From: a virus
Taxonomy: Duplodnaviria; Caudoviricetes
Virus record (IMG/VR): IMGVR_UViG_3300027820_000029
Location: 1 to 64,000 of that record
Strand: one strand, 5' to 3'
Length of the DNA: 64,000 nt
Shown in pieces: positions 53,874 through 63,400 of this stretch. Below the pieces are notes generated by a model that worked only from the letters and a program-made list of their open reading frames with translations, was not told the DNA's origin and ran no database searches. Every line of letters starts with the position of its first letter. Positions within the stretch are counted from its first letter, which is position 1. The translations under genes were made by a program, and so were the position numbers.

Positions 53874-54308
53874 ATGTCGAAAAGAAGTCAAATTGTGAAT
53901 GCATTAGTAGAAAAGCTTAAAGGTATAGATGGCTCTACTGGATTTAATACAAATTTGTACAATAACGTGGAAAATCGTTTAAAATTCTGGGATGAGGTTA
54001 ATGACTATCCTTCTGTCTATACTACTGTTGGGACTGAAACTAGAGAATACTTACCTGGGGGATTCAAGTGGGGCCACCTGCTTATTACTTTGCGAGTTTA
54101 TGTAGATGATGAAAATCCACAACAGAAATTAGAACAAATATTTGAAGATATAGAAAACGTTGTAGATAGCAACGGAAATTTAGAATACAATACGAATATG
54201 TTCACGGAAGATATTAAGATACTTCGTATAGACACAGATGAGGGTTTATTAAGTCCGATAGGTGTCGGAGAGGTAACCCTACAAATAATGTACGACTTAC
54301 AAACATAG
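53874..54308 (+). CDS. tail terminator protein (T5 p142-like)
   Basis: RS.IV.AL..KL..IDG...NV..RLKFWDEV.DYP...DEGLL.P.GVGE. Confidence 0.85.
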   Translation: MSKRSQIVNALVEKLKGIDGSTGFNTNLYNNVENRLKFWDEVNDYPSVYTTVGTETREYLPGGFKWGHLLITLRVYVDDENPQQKLEQIFEDIENVVDSNGNLEYNTNMFTEDIKILRIDTDEGLLSPIGVGEVTLQIMYDLQT

Positions 54309-54355
54309 ATAAAGATCTAATGTAAAGAGACGTACAAAAGAAAGGAGATTAAATA

Positions 54356-55819
54356 ATGGCACGATCACTAGCACGTAATACTAGTTTGTTTGCGACGTCC
54401 TTGGACGACACACTAACTGGTGCAACTAGTTTAAATACTTTTGAACTGAAGGTATTAGATGGATATAGTTTTAGTCAAGATGTAACAACACAAGAAGTGG
54501 GCGTAAACGAAGCAGGCACATCGCCTGTGAGGGGTACGCTCGGCTTTAATACTGCTCTTAATCCAGTAGATGTTAGTTTCAGTACTTATGTACGTTCATA
54601 TTCTAATACGGAAGACACCAATGGAGATACTAGATCTGCAGCAGATTGTGTTGAAAGAATACTTTGGGCATCTGCAATGGGTGATCCAACATCTTGGGCT
54701 TATGTAATTGGAACAGATGTTGGCACAGGTCATGTTATAACAGCACAAACAGACAGTGCATTAACATTTGGACTGGGTGCATCTAATGTTAATGAATTAC
54801 TATCATTAACTTTGTACTTTGTACTTGAACAAACAACTTATAAAATAACAGACTTTAATGTTTCAACAGCAGAAGTAGATTTTAGTATTGATGGTATTGC
54901 AACTATTAATTGGACTGGACAGGGATCGCGAGTTTTAGAAGCCCCGGCAGAGCATACAGCTATTGCTGCTTGGGATGCAGGGACTGAATATTTAGGAGTT
55001 CCAGCAACTACTACAAGTACTTTCTTACGTAATAAGTTAAGTACTATGGATTTAAAAGATAATGATTTAGCAACGACTCCAGCTATAGATGGAATTCAGC
55101 ACTCAGTACAAACATATACATTAGGTACTGGTACTGTTTTAGAATTTGGGGCTCAAACACTTACAGCAGCTATGGTAGGAGGTAGAATTAGAAATAATAC
55201 TGTAATTGCAGGTGATGCTGATGATATACGTGGGTGGGCAACTATTATTGCTATAGATGATGGTAATGATGAAATTACAGTGTCAGAAAATGTAGATGCT
55301 GATACTATTACAGGGTCTACTAAATGGACAGTTAGTAATGATGATTTAGATATATTTACAGCAGTTCAAAGTGCTGGAGTTGTATATAATATACCTATTA
55401 CAGGAGCTACATTAACTCTAGAAAATAACTTTACTTACCTGACACCTGAGGAATTAGCTATTGTTAACTTACCTTTAGCAGGCTTTGCAGGAAACCGTGT
55501 AACAAGTGGTAGTTTGACCGCATATTTGAATACAGGTGCTACAGGCTCTGGTGGGTTGTTATCTGATATGTTAGCAAAGATTGAAGGCTCAGTATCAAAT
55601 AACTTTGAAATTATTTTCCATATGGGAGGAGCAGCAGCAGATACTCCTAGGGTAGATTTTACTATTGCTCATGCGCAAATATCTGTTCCAACCACAAATG
55701 TGGAAGATATTATCGCTACTGAGATACAATTTAGTGGTAAGCCTTGGAGTGATTCATTAGAAGCAGGATCATTTGAGGATACTAATGAATTGGTAATTAC
55801 ATACGTACCACCAGCATAA
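54356..55819 (+). CDS. major tail tube protein (T5 pb6-like)
   Basis: L.RNT.LF...SFSQD...NEAG..P.RG...FN..LNP...SFSTY...YLTP; internal insertion, no C-terminal Ig domain seen. Confidence 0.9.
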   Translation: MARSLARNTSLFATSLDDTLTGATSLNTFELKVLDGYSFSQDVTTQEVGVNEAGTSPVRGTLGFNTALNPVDVSFSTYVRSYSNTEDTNGDTRSAADCVERILWASAMGDPTSWAYVIGTDVGTGHVITAQTDSALTFGLGASNVNELLSLTLYFVLEQTTYKITDFNVSTAEVDFSIDGIATINWTGQGSRVLEAPAEHTAIAAWDAGTEYLGVPATTTSTFLRNKLSTMDLKDNDLATTPAIDGIQHSVQTYTLGTGTVLEFGAQTLTAAMVGGRIRNNTVIAGDADDIRGWATIIAIDDGNDEITVSENVDADTITGSTKWTVSNDDLDIFTAVQSAGVVYNIPITGATLTLENNFTYLTPEELAIVNLPLAGFAGNRVTSGSLTAYLNTGATGSGGLLSDMLAKIEGSVSNNFEIIFHMGGAAADTPRVDFTIAHAQISVPTTNVEDIIATEIQFSGKPWSDSLEAGSFEDTNELVITYVPPA

Positions 55820-55855
55820 ACTAATAAACTAATAATAATAATACTATAAACAGAA

Positions 55856-55884
55856 TGAGGGGGGTAAAACCCCCTCACTTTTAA
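55856..55884 (+). terminator. intrinsic terminator after major tail gene
   Basis: GAGGGG...CCCCTC hairpin + CACTTTT. Confidence 0.7.
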
Positions 55885-55909
55885 AAGCAAAATTAAGGAG
55901 AACAAAATT

Positions 55910-56320
55910 ATGGAATTAGCTAAACTTATAGTACCCAGCAAGACTGTCTGGGTAGAATATCCTGGATTGTCAGGCTTTGAAATTGAGCTTGCGTACTTGA
56001 CCAGGGACGAATTGATGAAAATTCGTGATAGGTCTACGACCAAAAATTTCACCAGAAAAAGCAGGAAGGTTGAAGATGAAGTCGATAACGATATATTTCA
56101 ATCTGAATACTTCAGGGCAGTAATAAAAAATTGGAAGGGATTAAGATACGAATATTTGCCCAAATTAATTCCAGTTGATTTATCTGAGGTAGAAGATTTA
56201 GAGGATGAGCTTGAGTATTCTGAAAAGAACGCTGAGGCGTTAATGCGAAATTGCTCAGAATTCGATGGCTTTGTAGGTTCTATATTGGAGGAGGTTAGTA
56301 ATTTTACGAAGAGCAGTTAA
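55910..56320 (+). CDS. tail assembly chaperone (T5 p139-like, G-type)
   Basis: V..EYPG..GF.I.L.YL.R..L.K.R...I..WKGL...NFT ending; synteny. Confidence 0.85.
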   Translation: MELAKLIVPSKTVWVEYPGLSGFEIELAYLTRDELMKIRDRSTTKNFTRKSRKVEDEVDNDIFQSEYFRAVIKNWKGLRYEYLPKLIPVDLSEVEDLEDELEYSEKNAEALMRNCSEFDGFVGSILEEVSNFTKSS

Positions 56321-56715
56321 ATCTGCTCAACAAAAAATTACAAAACTTTTTTGATAATTCTGAGCTTAAAATGACTAAAGAACGGTATTTATTATTATGC
56401 GAACAGCTCGGCAATGAGCCAAAAGATAATGAGATCCCCGCCGAGTTTGAAGATTTTCCTTATACCGTGCAAACTGCTATAACTATATACCATATATTGA
56501 GTGATAGGTGGGATGGCTTTTCAGGAACTTACTTCGGAAAGGACTATTCGCTTCTACCATACTTAGTAAAGTTATATAGGATAGAAGATGAGTCTCAACT
56601 GCTTCAATTTTTATTATTAATAGATAGAATAATTATTGCAAAACGTTCAGAAGATCAGAAACGAAGAAATAAGAAAACCACCGGTAAAAAAAGTGGTATA
56701 AATATACAAGGGTGA
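56302..56715 (+). CDS. tail assembly chaperone second segment (T-type), probably reached by -1 frameshift
   Basis: track ORF 56371..56715; its frame is open from 56302, exactly at AAT TTT of upstream gene. Confidence 0.7.
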   Translation, partial: FYEEQLNLLNKKLQNFFDNSELKMTKERYLLLCEQLGNEPKDNEIPAEFEDFPYTVQTAITIYHILSDRWDGFSGTYFGKDYSLLPYLVKLYRIEDESQLLQFLLLIDRIIIAKRSEDQKRRNKKTTGKKSGINIQG

Positions 56716-56760
56716 AAAGGATAGCTTCCCTGCTAGTACCACTATTACTAGCTAGCCCTT
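56708..56760 (+). promoter_or_regulatory. Endonuclease-leader three-way-junction motif, copy F
   Basis: AAGGGT-GAAAAGG-atagctt-CCCTG-CTAGTA-ccactat-TACTAG-CTA-GCCCTT; contains the TGA stop of the upstream gene. Confidence 0.75.
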
Positions 56761-56780
56761 ATCTATAGTGGAGATATAAA

Positions 56781-57461
56781 ATGGAAAAAACAAATAAAGA
56801 AATTATAACTGAAATTATTGAAGATTTAGAGCAAACAGAAGGGTTAAATTGGCCTAAAGCGCATAATGCAAAAGTATCAAGAGAAAAATTAATAGAATGC
56901 TGGTCTGAATATAGAGAAGGATCTGATTATAAATATTTTAATTATTATGGTAAGGGTGGTTTATGTAAAGTGTATAAAAATATATTTAGTAATATAAATA
57001 AAGAATCACGTAGTGAATTGTGGAAAACATATATTTTAAGACTTTATAATTATAAATATTGTAATATATGTGGAGAATTAAAAAAATTAGATGAATTTTA
57101 CTTAGATGCAGCTAAAATATCTAAGAAACGTTGTCAATGTAAAGATTGTATGAAAAAATACAGAGAGAATAATAGAGATAAGAGTGCTACAGCAACTGCA
57201 AAGTACAGGGCAGCAAAATTACAACGTATGCCAGCATGGGCCAATTTAGAAGCTATAAAAGAAATATATATTAATTGTCCAGAGGGCTATCACGTAGACC
57301 ATATAGTGCCTTTACAGGGAAACTTAGTATCAGGGTTTCATATAGAAAATAATTTACAGTATTTAAAAGCGGAAGATAATCTTTCTAAGAGTAATAAATT
57401 CAGTTTGGAAGATAATTTGGAATATTTACCTTATTTTCCTGCTAATAAGTTTGAAGTGTAA
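56781..57461 (+). CDS. HNH homing endonuclease between chaperones and tape measure, paralogue of 49123
   Basis: shared TNKEI.TEII.DLE...GLNWP N-terminus; YHVDHIVPLQG.LVSGFHIENNLQYL...NL.KSNKF. Confidence 0.9.
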   Translation: MEKTNKEIITEIIEDLEQTEGLNWPKAHNAKVSREKLIECWSEYREGSDYKYFNYYGKGGLCKVYKNIFSNINKESRSELWKTYILRLYNYKYCNICGELKKLDEFYLDAAKISKKRCQCKDCMKKYRENNRDKSATATAKYRAAKLQRMPAWANLEAIKEIYINCPEGYHVDHIVPLQGNLVSGFHIENNLQYLKAEDNLSKSNKFSLEDNLEYLPYFPANKFEV

Positions 57462-57481
57462 AAGTATAAAAAAGGAACAAT

Positions 57482-60400
57482 ATGACAACAGTTTCAGAAC
57501 AAGAGTATCTGCTAAAAGTTGTGACTAAGGGATTAGGAGAAGCTGTAGCTGAAATAAAAACTTTAAATAAAAATATGGAAAAATCCGCCAAAGCTACAGG
57601 GAAGGCGAGTGAATCATATGAAACTCTTGGTGGCACAACGGATAAATATGGTAGAGCAATAAAGGGGGTAGGCCATTTAACCAACAATGCGACCAAAAGT
57701 TTTTCAAAAATGTCGCAAGGCATGCAATCGGGTCTAGTACCTGCATACGCGACCGTCGCCGCAAATGTATTTGCCCTTACGGCTGCATTCGGTGCACTAA
57801 GCAGAGCTGCTGATTTACAAATATTAATAGAATCTGCTGAAATATTGGCTACACAAACAGGTAGGTCGCTTGTTGGCTTAGCTAATAATATGAAGGCCAT
57901 TACTGATGGTGCTTTATCTATGAAAGATGCACTTACAAGTGCATCTATTGCTGCATCTGCCGGATTTGACAATACTACTATTAAAGAACTTACACAGGTA
58001 GCTAGAAATGCTTCAGTAGCACTCGGCAGAGATTTAACAGACTCTATGAATCGAGTATTCAAAGGTGCTATAAAGGCTGAGCCCGAATTATTAGATGAAT
58101 TAGGCATTATACTTAGATTAGAACCTGCAACTAATAAATATGCTGCAAGTCTAGGAAAGGCTGCTTCAGAATTAACAACATTCGAAAAGCAGCAAGCAGT
58201 TGTAAATGCAGTTTTAGAGCAAGGTCAAGATAAATTCGCTACCTTTGGTGATGTAGATACTAATCCATATACTAAATTAGCTGCAGCTTTTCAAGACATA
58301 GCTAATAGTTTAATAACACTTATAGCTACACCAATAGCTGGATTTTTAGAATTTTTTACTGAGAATACTACGGCATTAACTGCTGCAATTATTATATTTG
58401 CTAATAGTGTATTAAAAACAGCTATTCCTGCTTTAACTTCTTTAGAACGTAATATAACTGATGTTATAGATAAAGGTTTTGCTAAATTAAGTATTAGTAC
58501 TGCTGTTAAGAAAATGAAAGAGGAGTTGGATGGTACTTTAAGACGCCCAGAGTTTGATAAAGGTATTCTAACTTCAATTGTAGAGGATGAAGTAAAGAAT
58601 TTAGGAGAGATAGGAAGTGAAGCTGGTAAAGCTTTAGGAGCCGGTTTAACATCTATCTTAGATGATCCTTCTATTTCAGATAAAGAAAAATTTTCAAAAA
58701 TTTACTTAAATGCAGATTCTGCTATTACAAGTTTAAAAAATAACACAGAGGCACTAGGGCAAGTATCTAAAGAAGAATTAGGAGCTATAGTTACTACAGC
58801 GGAAGCCGCTAAAGAAGCATTACGTAAAATGGGTGTACCTGTAAGTGTATTTAGAGAGCGTATTGCAGATTTGGGAACAATTATTAAAAAAAATATACCT
58901 TTTGCTGCAACTTTAGCAAACTCATTTAGTAATTTTGTTAAATTAACTAAAGCTGGTATATCTTCTGGATTTGCTGCAGGACTATCAGAAGGATTTAGCG
59001 GAATAACTAAAGCTGTTATACTAGCTAATTTAAAATTTGAAGAATATGCTAGACTTGGAAATGAAGTAGGTAAAACAAATCAATTTATAAATATTACTTT
59101 AATACGATTATCTGGTGTTTTTGGTACAGTATTAAAAGGTATAAATACTTTAATACCTATTATAGGTCAATTAACTATAGCTTGGTCACTTCTTAGCAGT
59201 GGATATTTATTTTTCTTAAATTTATTTAGAGATGAAGAAAAATTTGATAATATTACTAAAGCTTTTGAAGATCAAGAAAAAGCATTAAAAACAGCAGAAA
59301 AAGCAATTAAAAAATATAATATAGAATTAAAGCCTTTATTAGATACAACAGATAATGTAACTAAAAAACTAGAACTACAAAAAAATGTATTATTAGAATT
59401 AACTAATACTATGGAAGATTCTATAGATAATGTAAATGTTGAAGATTTTGGCTTCTTTGGTGCTGATTTAGATGATTTTACAGATAATATAGTAAAAATG
59501 TCAGATGCATTAAGTGATTTAGGTGCAACTGATGAAGTAAATGTTATATTAAGAGAGTTTAATAACTTAACAAACTTAAGTGCAAAAGAAGCAATAAAAG
59601 CAGGCAGAGATTTTGCTAATTTATCTAAAGAAATGTATAATTTAGCAGATGCAACTAATGAAGCTAATGAAGGACTAAAAAAAGCATTTGATGAATTACA
59701 TAAAGGTTTTGAAAATATACAAGGAAGTTTGCCTACTCTAACAGGAATAGAACAAACATTTGTATCTTTATCAGAAATTTTATCTCGACAAGTATTTACT
59801 GATGCTATAACATTTGGATCAAATTTAGAAACTCTTAGGGCTTATGAAATAGAATTATTAGGAATTGGTGAGGCACAAAAGTCTTTATTAGCAATATCAG
59901 GAGCTTTAGAACATGTTGAAGGAGTAAGACAATCTCAAATAGAAGAAAATACCAAAAAAATAGCTAAGGAAGCAAAAGAAATATCTTCTATAACAAATAT
60001 GTGGAAGCAAGGCGCAGAAGCGCTTAAAGCTTTAATGGATCCAGATATAACATATGAACATAGATCTATAAAGGTTATAGAGAATGAAACTACTGAAGCT
60101 ACTAAAGCTATTGATGATCTTGGTAATTCTATAGAAAGACTTCGTAGAGAAGCTAAAAAAGATATTGAAATTATAACAAATGCAATAAGAGAATTAGTTG
60201 AAGAATTAAATTTATTAATAAATGCACAATTAGAATATTCTAGACAAGTTCAACAATTAGATTTTGAAAAATCTTTACCTGGCGTTAGTTTTGCAGAGAG
60301 TTTAAAATTATCTAGTAAAATAATGGATATAAATATAGCTAAATTAAAAATATTAAAAACACAAGCAGACTTAGTAAATACAGCAAATAAAAAGACTATA

Positions 60401-63400
60401 GAAAGTACAGAAGAAGCTATAAATAAGGTACAAAATCCTATAACAGATCATTTGGATTATGCAGAGTTTGCTAAACTTGAAAAAGATGCAGAAACAGCAC
60501 AACAGACTAAGAATAAAGCATTAATAAAAGAGTTACAACTTAAATCTCAATTAGGAGATTTAGAACTTGAAATAAATAAAGTAAGAATTAATGAATTTAA
60601 AATGTTGAAAGGTTATATTATAGAGTTAGCCGCTTTAGTATCTAAAGGAATTTGGATCCCACCTGGAGCTCAAGAAGCTACAGCTAAATTAAAAGAACTT
60701 TATTCTCAAATTACAGGGTATAGTGCTGAGATATTGGAAAATAATTTTAAATCATTTTTATACTATAATGAGGCTTTAAGTAGAGTTAATGCTACAGCTT
60801 TAGGATTGTATAATCAAACAGAAGAAATAAAGCGGAGAACTGAAGCCCTTAAAGAGGAAAGTAAGGTTTTAAAAACTAATCTTACTATTTCAGATGATTT
60901 AATTGAAAGTGCGGTTAATTTAGAAATAGCAAGAACAGAAGCACAGTCAGATGCTCTTAAAGGAGCATTATATGCTAATAGGATACCTGGAGATGTAAGT
61001 AGCGGTCTTGCAATAGGTGCAGATAGTGATGAGCGCAAAAAATTAGGAGCAATTTTAAAGGAATTAGCTGTAAAAGAAGTTGAATTAGAAAAACAAAAAA
61101 CAGCACTGGTAAATAAACAATTAGAACAAGAAAATATAAAAATTAAACTACAACAGGATTCTATAAGGTCTACACTTAGGGAAGGATTATTTATATCTAA
61201 AGCTAAAGAAATACAAATTAAACAAGAAGAAGAATTATTAGCTTTATCAAAACGTACAAAGGAATATAATACAGCAGGATATAAAGAACAAGAAAAACTT
61301 ATAAAAGAAAGAGCTAAATTAGCATATAAAACAGATTTAAATGCAGATCTAGGAGCAGCTACTGAGTCAGCTAGAGAATTTTCAGATGTAATGGAAACAT
61401 TAGCTGATAGGTTAGAAAATTTAGGAAGTTCAACAGATAAATTTAGGGCTGGATTAGTAGCTATTGCTGAAATATCTGTATTATCAGATTCAGAAACTGC
61501 AATTGGTTTATCTCAGTTAGCTATATTAACTGAAGAATTTGGATCTCAAACTGAAGAAGTTAGAAAAAGTTTTGAAGCTATGGCATTATTTGCTGCTGGT
61601 GCAGCAGGTGCATTAGCTAATGCCTTTGAAGAGGGATCTACCGCTGCAGAAACATTTCAAGTTATACAAACAGGTTTAGCATTAGTATCGGCTGTTAGAG
61701 CAGTTATGGAACAAGGTACTGGTGGTGATCCATATACAGCATTTGCTAGAATGGCTGCTATGGCTGCCGCTGCCGCTGCATTACTCAGCCAAATTAATGT
61801 CTCCTTTAGTGGGGGAGGTGGTGGATTTACTGCAGCAGAACCGGCAACTTTCCAAGATCAATTTGGAGCACAAGGTGCTCAAGGAATAGATTTACAAACT
61901 AATTCTCTAAGAGATTCTATTGATGCATTAGTAGATATAGATACAGATTTATTCGGTGTTAATAGAGACTTAAAGATTAGTATAGTTAATTTAAATAGAA
62001 CTTTTGATGCTCTTGGTGCTGCTGTATTTAATCAATCTGGTGATTTCTCAGCTGGCAATATATTAGACCAATTTGGAATTCAGTTTGGTACTGAACTTAA
62101 AGGTGGATCTTTTGGCGGACTTTTTGGTAGTTCAACTAAGACAAATGAATTATTAGCTGCGGGTATTCAATTCGGAGCTACTATAGGATTAGTAGGTGAT
62201 ACATTAGGTGGTTCAATAATAGATGCCGATGCTTATATAACACAACAAATAACAAAAACTAAAAGTAGTTTCTTTGGTGGTAGTAAAACAAAAGTAAGAA
62301 TAGAAACTAGTGTTTCAGAATTAGAACCAAGAGTTGGAAAAGCATTACAAGATGCTTTAGATATTACATTAGATACTTTATTAGGATTATTTGAATCTTT
62401 AGGTTCAGATATACCTAAATTATTGAGTGGGTTTGCCGGATTAGATATAGATGTAACAAAGTTAGATTTATCTGGTAAATCTGCTAAAGATCAGTCAGAT
62501 ACTATAGCAGCATTCTTTTCTAATTTAACAAATGAACTTATTGATGATTTAGTTCCAGGATTAGAGGCCTTTACTAAAGCCGGGGAAGAGCTTACAGATA
62601 CATTAATTAGAATAAGTACAGAAACTCAAGAATTAAATACATCTTTTTCTACTATAGGATTAAAAATATCAGACTTTGGATTATTTGATAATATAGAAGA
62701 AGATTATAATACTTTTATTACTAATATACCAGCAGGTGTAGCTACAATTAATCAAGATATACAAGATCAAATAGATGCTATAGAAGCTACTAAATTTGTT
62801 CCGCCTGTTTTAGATACTACAGATAGTGGTTATCTTATAGATAATAAACGAATATTTGAAGCAACACTCAAAACTAAATCAGAGTTTGAAAAAAATAAAC
62901 GAGAAGCAATTGCTGCATTAGAAGAAGATTTATATTCTATTACTAGTGCCGTTGTTCCTACTATAGAAGCTTTTAAAGTATTAACTTTAGCTGCATGGAA
63001 TGAAGCATTTTTATCTGGTTTTGAAAATGTAGATGAAATGTCAGATATTAGTGAAAGATTTTATACTGCATTATTTTCAGAACAAGAATTAGCAGATATA
63101 GCTGTAACAAATGCCGAAGATGTTGTTGGTAAAGGAATAGCAGAATTAGCTGGTGTATTATATAAACAAGGATTTGGTGAGTTTGCAAACTTATTATCTG
63201 AAGATATGTCTACTGAAGATTTAAGAGATATCTTTGATGTTTTAACAGAAATAGGGGCTTTTGCTTCTGTAGAAGGTGCAGCACTACTTGGAATATTTGT
63301 TAGAGCTGGAGTAGCCGTTGGTGACTTAGAAATTGCTATAGAAGAAGCAGTTGAAGAAGTAAATAATTTAAATCAACAATATGAAAGACAAATTGCATTA

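Noticed and set aside
57442-58107. Minus-strand ORF 57442..58107 and other antisense ORFs over structural genes (e.g. 50364, 55669, 60814, 16752)
   Set aside because: Antisense shadows of well-supported genes, with no RBS or recognisable motifs.
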